Made by a program: the position numbers and the translations under genes
Shown: positions 9,538 through 18,891 of the stretch, one piece after another
Numbering within the stretch: position 1 is the stretch's first letter
Layout: the number at the start of each line of letters is the position of its first letter
Assembly: GCF_006345805.1 (NCBI RefSeq)
Contig: NC_042999.1
Span: 50,282,001-50,315,000, forward strand
Source: Octopus sinensis
Taxonomy: Eukaryota
Direction: 5' to 3'
Length of the DNA stretch: 33,000 bases
Notes under the pieces: model-generated
Seen by the model: the letters and a program-made list of their open reading frames with translations, nothing else
What the model was told of the DNA's origin: nothing
Database searches by the model: none

Positions 9538-9749
9538 TGGAGTAAGCACATAAATGTGAAACAAGGTGGAAAAAATAGTACTCGAATACCAGAGGTAGAG
9601 CAATATACTTTATCAAAAAGCAGCAGAAATATCACAAAAACTGTTAATCAGAGTTTCACGTTCCCATTCATCTATCCAATAAGGAGGAACATGACACTCT
9701 CTAGGTAACAGTTTTTGTGATATTTCTGCTGCTTTTTAACAAAGTATAT
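9538..9749 (-). mobile_element. Penelope-like short repeat with partial HHR and terminal inversion
   Basis: Homologous to 25310-25455; inverted arms 9603-9646 and 9706-9749 match at 42 of 44; partial HHR at 9641-9671. Confidence 0.55.
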
Positions 9750-9750
9750 A

Positions 9751-9786
<36 letters not shown>

Positions 9787-9808
9787 GAATATTTGTAGGT
9801 ACAGGTAC

Positions 9809-10030
9809 AGGCATAGCTGTGTGGATACAAAGTTTGCTTTCCAACCACATGTTTTCATGGTCAGTCCCACTGCGCAGCTCCTTGGAAAAGTGTAATCTAT
9901 TATAGGCTGACCAAGATGATCAAAACCTTGTGAGAGGATTTGATAGATCGAAAGTGAAAGAAGCCCATCGTATATGTATATGTGTGTTTGTGTCCCCTTG
10001 TCTTGACATCATATGATAGTAGTTGTAAAT
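9809..10030 (+). mobile_element. SINE family A, diverged 5' half
   Basis: GCTGTGTGG...CAGTCCCACTGCGCAGC...GTGAGAGGATTTGATAGA...GAAAGAAGCCCATCG. Confidence 0.75.
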
Positions 10031-10321
10031 GAGTGTCACTGTCATTGAAAACATATCTGGGGGAATACGACTTCTCAGGGAACAGGTAAGGGTTGGCAAC
10101 AGGAAGGGCATCCAGAGATAGAAATTTTGCCTCTGAATTCTGTGTGACCTGCACAAGTATGATAAAGTGAAAATGATGATGATGTTGACATATTTGTATG
10201 TGTATGTACATATATATGTGTATGTACATATATATGTAATTATTCTTCTCCTACAATATTTTCTTTCACACTAGGGTGAGATTTGAGGAATACTGCATTG
10301 CTATTTCATACAGGTCAAGCC

Positions 10322-10341
10322 TCCACCTAGTAGTAGTAATG

Positions 10342-10378
<37 letters not shown>

Positions 10379-10548
10379 CAGCAGCAGCAGCAGCAGTAGC
10401 AACGGTGAAGGTGTTAATTGTGGTCATAATGGTGGTAGTGGTGACACTGATAATGATAATCAAGATGATGATGATTATGATGATGAAAACAACAATGATA
10501 GTGATAATACTGATGAAGCTAATGATGATGATGATGATGATGATGATG
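10322..10548. repeat. Compound trinucleotide microsatellite (TAG)n-(CAG)n-mixed-(GAT)n
   Basis: Direct read. Confidence 0.95.
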
Positions 10549-11243
10549 TGGCTTGGTTCCACAAATACTTTAGTAGAGGGGGAGAGGGATAGAGAAAGAG
10601 AGAGAGAGAGAGGTGGGGAGAGAGACAGAAGTGTTTTAAAATAGATTCCTCAGAATCAGTGTCAGCCTTCAGTTTTTGGAAGAATTTCTCCTTCCAAAAA
10701 TGATAATGTTTTTCTGTTTGCTTGAGAACAATGGTAATAGAAGTGCTGAAAGACTCTCTTATGGAACTTCATAAATGTATTCATATTTTGCTATGGCAAC
10801 AGCACAGCTACTGTGGATCTGAATATTTTCCTTCATTATTCCAGTTTATATAGCAACCATACCAAATGTAAATAATTATAGAGCCTCTCTATGAATAACT
10901 TTGAGGATATGTTTAGCTGGTGTTGATGTTGTTGTTGTTGTTAAATAGGTTGGTTTCATATATTACAATTATAGCTTTCTAGTATCCTTTCTATGAAAAA
11001 TATTATTTCAAAAATAGCTCATGTCTTTTAACCATTATCTTAACATTGCAAAATGGGAATGGAGACAAGATTCGTGGTTGACCGAACTAAATTAGTCATT
11101 AGCACCAGTGAATGGAAATAGAATAATGCAAAGGGCACAGGCATGGCTACGCAATAATATGGTTCGAAATTCAATCTCGTCCCACATGAATAGCTTCTTG
11201 GGCCAACGGTTTTCTACCAAAACCTCAGGTTGACAAAAGCACT

Positions 11244-11368
11244 CATCATCATCATTATCATCATCTGCTGCAGCAGCAGCAGCAGCAGCTGCCGCCGCCG
11301 CCGCAGCAGCAGCAGCAGCAGCAGCAGCCGCCGCCGCCACCGCCACCACCACCACCACCACCACCACT
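11244..11368. repeat. Compound trinucleotide microsatellite (CAT)n-(CAG)n-(CCG)n-(CAG)n-(CCG)n-(CCA)n
   Basis: Direct read. Confidence 0.95.
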
Positions 11369-11794
11369 TAAAGTTCATATTCTATGCAAGCATTTGTCGG
11401 AATATTCAACAAAATCTGATGATCCAGAGATCCCTATTGAGTTACAACATCTGTTGCTCCAGCATGGTTTCTATGGCTGGATACTCTTCTTAACGGCAAC
11501 CACTTTACAGAGTGCACAGTGTACTTCACTCATAGTACCAACCCTGGTGAGGTTACCAAATAACTCACAAGACAAGGACCCCCTTCACAGAATGGGGATG
11601 CAGTATTGAGAGAGGTGGCTTTGTATCAAGTGTTAGGAAACTAAAGTATGATAGAGAGACAAGAGCAGCTGTCTTGTTGTAGATGAGATACAGAGCTAAC
11701 TCAGTTGGAAAGCAAGAAAAGTGATGGTTATGATGAGGAATCAGTAAGTGAAATTTGATTAATCGAACTATACATAATTCTGTCAAATATTTAA

Positions 11795-12241
11795 GGCACT
11801 AAGCTGGCAGAAACGTTAGCACGCCGGGCGAAATGCTTAGCGGTATTTTGTCTGCTGCTACGTTCTGAGTTCAAATTCCACCAAGGTCGACTTTGCCTTT
11901 CATCCTTTCGGGGTCGATTAGATAAGTACGAGTTATGCACTGGGGTCGATGTAATCGACTTAATCCCTTTGTCTCTCCTTGTTTGTCCCCTTTATGTTTA
12001 GCCCCTTGTGGGCAATAAAGAAATAAGAAACGTTAGCACGCCAGGCAAAATACTTAGTGGTATTCTGTCTGCCGCTACGTTCTGAGTTCAAATTCCGCTG
12101 AGGTCAACTTTGCCTTTCATCTTTTGGGGTCGATTAGATAAGTACCAGTTACGCATTGGGGTCGATATAATTGACTTAATCCATTTGTCTGTCCTTGTTT
12201 GTCCCCTCCGTGTGTAGCCCCTTGTGGGCAGTAAAGAAATA
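11795..12241 (+). mobile_element. SINE family B tandem dimer inside a single 17-bp TSD
   Basis: Monomers at 11795-12025 and 12026-12241; TTCTGTCAAATATTTAA at 11778-11794 and 12248-12264. Confidence 0.9.
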
Positions 12242-12587
12242 ACAAATTTCTGTCAAATATTTAAAAGGTTTGCTTTTCCAGCCAATGATGAACTCCAGAG
12301 TACAATTCCACTGAATGGTATCTTTGGACAAAGTTCTTCACCTTAGTCTTTGATCAACCTAAGCCTTGTGATGAAAATTATAAAGGTGGAAACAGTATGG
12401 AAGCTCACTGGGTGAATTTTTACTTGTAATTCCAAGTATTAGATCTGCCTTGTCTTACACTGTAGCACTGATTCTCCCTGGAAATTACATTATGTGTACA
12501 TGTGTGTGAGGAATACTCTCCTGCTTACACAGTGTAAGCCATTCTGTTCATTGAAGAAATGGAACACTCCATTTATATTCATGTTTA

Positions 12588-12900
12588 GACACACACATTA
12601 TCCAATGTGTCCCTTTAAGTCAATAGCTGTCATTTGAGAGGTGATTTGACTATGATTTCTAGCAGATTGAGCAACCATATAGCAGCTTCATACACACACA
12701 CACACACATACACATTATCCAATGTGTCCCTTTAAGTCAGTAGGAGTGATTTGATTATGATTTCTAGCAGACTGAGCAACCATATAGCAGCTTCATATAC
12801 ACACACATAAACATTATCAAAAGTGTCCCTTCAAGTCAGTAGAAGTGATTTTGTTGCGATTTCTAGCAGATTGAGCAACCACATAATGGCTTCCTTGTTG
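12588..12900 (+). repeat. Three diverged tandem copies of a ~100-bp unit with (CA)n spacers
   Basis: CATTATC..A.GTGTCCCTT.AAGTCA...GATTTCTAGCAGA.TGAGCAACCA starts at about 12596, 12713 and 12812. Confidence 0.9.
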
Positions 12901-14240
12901 GCCCAGGGACTATTCGGTACAGTCTGATGGTAACTAATGCAAAGATACGCTAAGAATAATACTGACTAAAACAACAGCAGTAAACAAGCTTCCTCCAAGC
13001 AATTTACAATCGAATAAATGGAAATATTTAAGTTACAGTGATGATTTACCAAACATATCAAATGACAAAAATAGAAGCAATAAGAACACAGAAGCAATAA
13101 GGATGATTTCAAAAGACTATATATATATGAATAAATTTGTAAACAAAGAGAATACAAAACTTTGCTTAAGGATAAAATAAAATTATTTATCTATAACAGT
13201 TTAATTATTCTTTTTGTATTTATCTGTTTACCATTTATATCCTATATCTTTAAGGCAATAATATAATAGATGCTTACTAATTGTGTAAACATACATCATT
13301 ATGGAAACAGAACTTTGCAGTTATGACAACTGTTGATTACTAACAAGATGGTGATTTAATGACAGAGCACACATTGTGATGCTGAAGAGATTGGTTCTAG
13401 GCTTCAGTCTTAAGATTAAATTAGTCTACCATCTCATTAAGGTTGATGAAATAAACAACATCATTTATTAGAATCTTGAAGTTTGATTAAAAGATAGTAC
13501 CTGAGACTAACATGAGGTGGCGAGGGTATCCCTTAAAAGTTTGTTCTATATCATCTGCAACCTGGTTGGATCCACATTCTTTTAGTTGCCAAAGGGTACA
13601 AGATATTTGGCACTTGAGTAACCAAAATCAATGATCCTTAAACAAGATATCCAAGATTTTTATATTATGAACTTCATATGCCCTCTAGCAATAATTCACT
13701 AATCACGTATCGTTATAGACCCTAGATAACAGTCCTAACACTAAATTTCCATGCTTCCAGATACCCTATTGTTAATCAATTTAGTTGAAGATTATGACTG
13801 TTAGCATTATTTACACACTTAAAACACAGTTCAAGTATAGTAAACATCTAGTAAAACTGATACAGGATGTGCCTAAATACATCTTACTGTGGCAGTAAGT
13901 CTTATAGTAGTGAGCATCTTCTAAAATCTATTGAAAAGCCTAAAGATACTCAAGAAATGATAAATTAATACAGATATAGCTTTTCAAGAAACAGAAGAAG
14001 AAACAGAGGCAAAGAATATATTTGTTGGGTACACAAAAATATGGCAAGTTTTGAGATGCACATATTTCCATATGGGGATGTTCATGTCTTCTCTATCACA
14101 TACTTCATATTAGGAATTGAAAAGAATCTGACAGAAGTACTCTTAACTAGCCAAGGAAATGTCATACGAAAGAAGTTAAAATTGATTTTAGTCATTTTAG
14201 AAATTACATTGAAAACATACTTAAGCACATACATTAAAAA

Positions 14241-14279
<39 letters not shown>

Positions 14280-14409
14280 TGGGTGTGTGTGAGTGTGTGT
14301 TAGATATATCTAGATATGTGTAAAATATCTAGTCTCAACATTTCATTAATATTCTATAATAAATATTTCAATACACTTGTTCTTTCTGATCCTTATATTA
14401 TGGCCACTA

Positions 14410-14451
<42 letters not shown>

Positions 14452-14456
<5 letters not shown>

Positions 14457-14505
14457 GGCCCAAAAGTAGGTCTAAGTTATTCAACCACCTCTTTAACATT
14501 CATAT
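14452..14505. mobile_element. Solo terminal fragment of the 15908-16530 mariner-type MITE family
   Basis: AGGGTGGCCCAAAAGTAGGTCTAAGTTATTCAAC matches the reverse complement of about 16480-16530. Confidence 0.7.
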
Positions 14506-14700
14506 ACTCTTTACTTGTTTCAGCCATTTTGACTGCAGCCATGCTGGAGCACCGCCTTTAGTCAAGCAAATCGATCCCATATATATAACCCGACATATAT
14601 AACAGGCTTTCTTCAGTTTTCATCTACCAAATTCACTCAAAAGGCTTTCATTATCCCAGCGTTATAGTAGATTCATGTCCAAGGTACTGTGCAGTGAGAT
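14506..14700 (-). mobile_element. SINE family A, internally deleted
   Basis: 3' block CTCTTTACTTGTTTCAGCC...GGAGCACCGCC joined to 5' block CTACCAAATTCACTC...CCAAGGTAC. Confidence 0.8.
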
Positions 14701-14736
14701 ATGTACGTGCTTTTATATATATATATATATATACAT

Positions 14737-15169
14737 ATTAAATTTAACTTATGTTGAAAGTCAATAAAGTTTGTTAGAAGCGTTGAGATGCATTGAAAGA
14801 TAAGGAAATAATTTTATTCTCAAATGAAGGATAATACTAATAATATAGTATGAACAAGATAAACTATCCATATTTTGCAAAATATTTCTGTCGGTGGCCA
14901 GCCATGGGACTCAAACTCGTATCTCTGTGATTACATGTCAAGTGCTTTACCATTAAGCTAAAGTGCCCAGCGACAAATTCTTCTGCAATTTTAGGATATA
15001 TAAATCTAGCTTTATAAGACGCTATCATACATTAAATTCAACTTACGTTGAAAGTCAACTAAAGTTTGCTTTAGAAGCATTGGAATTATTGAAAGATACA
15101 GATAATGAAATAATTTTCTTCTCAAACACAGGATAATGCTAATAATATAGCATGAACAGGATAAACTAT

Positions 15170-15175
<6 letters not shown>
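14737..15175 (-). mobile_element. Partial tandem (294-bp period) enclosing a degenerate tRNA-like sequence
   Basis: Direct repeats at 14737-14873 and 15031-15175; tRNA-like segment 14967-14895 with A-box TAGCTTAATGG and a TGT anticodon-like loop; (TA)n on both flanks. Confidence 0.6.
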
Positions 15176-15215
<40 letters not shown>

Positions 15216-15589
15216 GCATATGTATATTCGAATCTCTCAAGACAAAACATTTAATTATCTCATTTCTTCCTCTGAGGAAGGAGCTGGTTTCTAACAAAAA
15301 TAAGAAGCTCCATTTTTAGAATGTAGTTAACAAAAACAATGTTCTATTTTAAACTTGGGAAAAGTCTTGCATACTCTTACTGTTCCATTTACAGATTGTA
15401 TATGTAATGTACAAGTTAGCTGATCGATTTTTTTCTCTGACAACCCTAGCTTATCCAGATTGTCATTTAGCCATTTATCAAGTGCAACAATTATTATTGG
15501 TATAAAGGTGAATTTATAATATGAATATAGAAGCTGAAAGTTTCAAAGCAGTTGTCCATAGTTATCCTCTTCCCATTTGACAGACAGAT

Positions 15590-15690
15590 GGAGCAACCAA
15601 CTGACAGACAGACCAACGGACAGACTGACCGATGGACAGATGGACCGACCGATGGCCCGATGAACAGACATATGCACCAACTGGCTGATG
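15590..15690. repeat. Degenerate (GACA)/(GATG)/(GACC) tetranucleotide tract
   Basis: Direct read. Confidence 0.75.
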
Positions 15691-15907
15691 GATGGCATTA
15701 TTCAGTTTTATTTCTTGCCAACAGAGAAAGAGTCAGATTCTAACCTAGATCCAAGTCCCCTTCATTGGAATTTCAACATCAACAGGGTATTTTTTTGCAT
15801 GTATGTATATGTGCAGTACTTGGAGTCAGTCCATATGCAGATTTGTATGTTTTGTTTTGTGAATATATTCTCACGCATATACTTGCATATCTAGACATGC
15901 ACATATA

Positions 15908-16530
15908 CAGGGTGGTCCAAAAAGTAGGTTTGCAGTTATCATGTAGGCACTTTAAATTTCTATTAAATCATTTTATTACATTTAAATTTCTATCTTACAA
16001 ACTGAAATGGAAGCTTGACAAAATTAACTAAATTAGCATAAAATAATGGAATAGGAGTGGCTGTGTGGCATGTAGCTTGCTTGTCAACTACATGGCTCTG
16101 GGTTCAGTCCCACTGCATGGCACCTTGGGTAAGTGTCTTCTACTATAGCCTCAGGCCAACCAAAGACTTGTGAGTGGATTTGGTAGATAGAAACTGAAAG
16201 AATCCTGTCATATATATGTGTGTGTGTGTGTATCTGTGTGTTTGTCCCTACCAACATTGCTAGACAACTGTTGCTTGTGTGTTTACGTCCCTGTAAGTTA
16301 GCAGTTTGGCAAAAGAGACCAATAGAATAAGTACTAGGCTTACAAAGAATAAGTCCTGGGGTCGATTTGCTCGACTAAAGGCGGTGCTCCAGCATGGCCA
16401 CAGTCAAATGACTGAAACAAATAAAAAGAGTAGAAAGAGTATCTCTTTTTATAATTACGATCTAAACTGTTGATATATGAATGTGAAAAAGATAGTTGAA
16501 TAACTGTAAACCTACTTTAGGGCCACCCTG
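15908..16530. mobile_element. Tc1/mariner-type MITE interrupted by a SINE
   Basis: ~30-bp TIRs CAGGGTGGTCCAAAAAGTAGGTTTGCAGTTA vs CAGGGTGGCCCTAAAGTAGGTTTACAGTTA; TA on the left, TG on the right. Confidence 0.85.
16054..16440 (+). mobile_element. SINE family A, full length, nested in the MITE
   Basis: Head GGAGTGGCTGTGTGG...GGTTCAGTCCC, internal (TG)n, 3' tail. Confidence 0.9.
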
Positions 16531-16811
16531 TGAAATTAAATGATAAACTTCTTAAAAGTTTTGGAGATTTTTATAATTCCAGTGACAGTTTGGATTTGTG
16601 GTCTTTAAACCTGCTCTATTCTTTCTATTTTTGAGAAGCCTAATTTCTGAGGATTGGTACTTAGACAGTGTGTTACATATCCCAGTGTGCCAACAATTAC
16701 AGGTATAAACCTGAACGTGTAATCTGATTAGAGTTACTCCAGATTTTTCAATAGTTGGGTGTAGGAATTTTCCTACTCACTGATCTTTAGTTATATATGA
16801 ACATCCACCTT

Positions 16812-17066
16812 GACTGGCTTCCGTGCTGGTGGCACGTAAAAAGTACCAACCGATTGTGGCCATTGCCAGCCTTCCCTGGCACCTGTGCCGGTGGCACATA
16901 AAAAGTATCCACTACACTCACAGAGTGGTTGGCATTAGGAGGGGCATCCAGCGGTAGAAACACTGCCAGATCAGACTGGAGCCTGGTGCAGCCTCCTGGC
17001 TTCCCAGACCCCAGTCGAACCGTCCAACCCATGCTACCATGGAAAACGGATGATGATGATGATGAT
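16812..17066 (+). mobile_element. Family C retroposon
   Basis: Ends ...CCAACCCATGCTACCATGGAAAACGG-(ATG)n. Confidence 0.85.
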
Positions 17067-17586
17067 GGTCCACTGGACAGCTGACTTCCACAACTATATA
17101 CAGTTTCTCTTCTCTCTCCCAAATCGCTATGTCAGGTCTAGTTTAAAACATTTCATTGAGGTTTTCACTGGGATATTTTACCAGTACTCCTTAATATGAG
17201 TGGCTATGCATGTATGTATGTACATACTAAGATAGAGACAGAAAAAGAGTGATATGTTAGTTCATTAACTTTTGGCTGATGTAGAGTAAGTAAAGAAACA
17301 TTTGTCTGTTGTTCATATAGAGATATCATGATAATATTCAATAAAAAAAGCCAGTAATGTAAATATTGAATCAATTTTCAATTAACCATCATGAAACCTC
17401 AAAATAAAAAGAAAAAGTATACTTCAAGTTATGTATGTATATTAAATAAATAGATTAGAATCTGTTTAACAATGGAGATATGAATCCCATGCATACATTT
17501 TATATTCAATCAATGGTAGCAAAAAAAAAATAGAGAGGAAAATCTGAATGTATATACATTTGTGTGTGTGTGTGTATATATATATA

Positions 17587-18334
17587 TATTTATATATAGA
17601 GGGCATTATTATACATACATGCCACACGCTAAGAGGGACAAAATTAGTCTTTTCTACCAAAAATTTTACTAATCCCACCGAATGCAATTAGAAAAGACTA
17701 ATTTTGTCCCTCTTAGTGTGTGGCATGTATGTATAATAATGCCCTCTATATATAAATAATATGTTCAATAAGAAAGAATTATTTTCGAAATTTTTTCTCT
17801 TATGAGGTTTTTCACGCTATCTACCCGATAATTTCCTGTTAAGTTTTCCTTATTAAGAAGTTGTCCTTAATTGCTAAATTTTTATTCCGAAAAAACTTTT
17901 CCTTTCCCGAAATGCAATTCGTAAAAGTCTGCCATTTACCGGATGTAATATATGTAAACTAACCCATGTGCGTCGTTGATGTTGATCAGTTGGCTGCCCG
18001 GCTTTGACGATGTAGGGTCGTTTATTTATGATACGTCCAGACTTGCTGATGAATACAGAGGTATGAAATCACAGGTGATACAAGTCCATATTTTTAAATG
18101 TCTTACTTTGAAAAATTGCATTCAGTGGGATTAGTAAAATTTTTGGTAGAAAAGACTAATTTTGTCCCTCTTAGCGTGTGGCATGTATGTATAATAATGC
18201 CCTCTATATATAAATAATATGTTCAATAAGAAAGAATTATTTTCAAAATTTTTTCTCTTATGAGGTTTTTCACGCTATCTACCCGATAATTTCTTGTTAA
18301 GTTTTCCTTATTAAGAAGTTGTCCTTAATTGCTA
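17587..18334 (+). mobile_element. HHR-containing retrozyme/Penelope-like insertion: about 1.4 tandem units (458-bp period) plus an inverted 5' copy
   Basis: 17690-17876 vs 18148-18334: 3 mismatches in 187. 17587-17689 is the reverse complement of 18114-18216 with 1 mismatch in 103. Embedded in (TA)n. Confidence 0.8.
18040..18086 (+). ncRNA. Intact type-I hammerhead ribozyme motif (predicted)
   Basis: Stem I GACTTG/CAAGTC (6 bp), core CTGATGA 18046-18052, stem II ATAC(AGAG)GTAT, GAAA 18065-18068, stem III ATCA(CAGG)TGAT, AUA triplet with predicted cleavage after 18080. Confidence 0.85.
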
Positions 18335-18380
18335 TATATATATATATATATATATAGCTTTTACAATATGTTTGTGTGTT

Positions 18381-18424
<44 letters not shown>

Positions 18425-18436
18425 TGAATATTGGCC

Positions 18437-18487
18437 TTATGATAGCATCAGCCTTTTCAAGTTCCTTGAGAACTTTCATCAGCATAA
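18437..18487 (-). ncRNA. Hammerhead-like motif with intact core and stem II but damaged cleavage junction
   Basis: TTATG-CTGATGA-AAGTTC(TCAAG)GAACTT-GAAA-AGGCTGATGCTAT-CATAA; the stem I/III junction is one nucleotide out of register. Confidence 0.5.
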
Positions 18488-18552
18488 TAGAATTTGAAAC
18501 TGAAATTGCTCCAATCAGAGGGGTAATATTCAAAGAAAATAATAAAGTTTTA

Positions 18553-18601
<49 letters not shown>

Positions 18602-18603
18602 TA

Positions 18604-18891
18604 TAGGTGTGGCTGTGTGATAAGAAGCTTACTTCCCAACCACATGGTTCTGGGTTCACACCTACTGCATGGCACCTAGGGCAAGTGTCTTCTACTATAG
18701 TCTCGACCCAGCCATAGCCTTGTGAGTGGATTTGGTAGATGGAAACTGAAAGAAGGCCATCATATATATACATATATGTATATACTTAAGCATGCTAGTG
18801 CGTTTATGTTCCCTTAACTCAGCAAAAGAATAAGGCCTGGGTTGATTTCTTGGTCACAGTCAAATGACTGAAACAAGTAAAAGACTAAAAG
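18604..18891 (+). mobile_element. SINE family A with internal deletions
   Basis: Head GTGTGGCTGTGTG...GGGTTCACACCTAC, GCAAGTGTCTTCTACTATAG block, 3' GGTCACAGTCAAATGACTGAAACAAGTAAAAG. Confidence 0.85.

Noticed and set aside
11100-11225. ENRWPKKLFMW on the minus strand, resembling an RTE LINE C-terminal motif
   Set aside because: Only a few matching residues and no adjoining RT-like sequence; needs a profile search.
10266-11493. ORFs with poly-Ala, Thr, Val, Met or His runs suggesting a transcription factor
   Set aside because: The runs derive from stop-free trinucleotide tracts; no recognisable domain or convincing splice context.
13502-13640. IIDFG kinase-like motif and a possible minus-strand exon
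   Set aside because: That frame stops 13 codons later, no other kinase motifs are present, and the donor (GTACTA) is weak.
14895-14967. tRNA-Thr(TGT) gene; likewise tRNA-like heads at 7411-7478 and 30940-31011
   Set aside because: The acceptor stem is mispaired and invariant bases are altered; these are retroposon heads, not functional tRNA genes.
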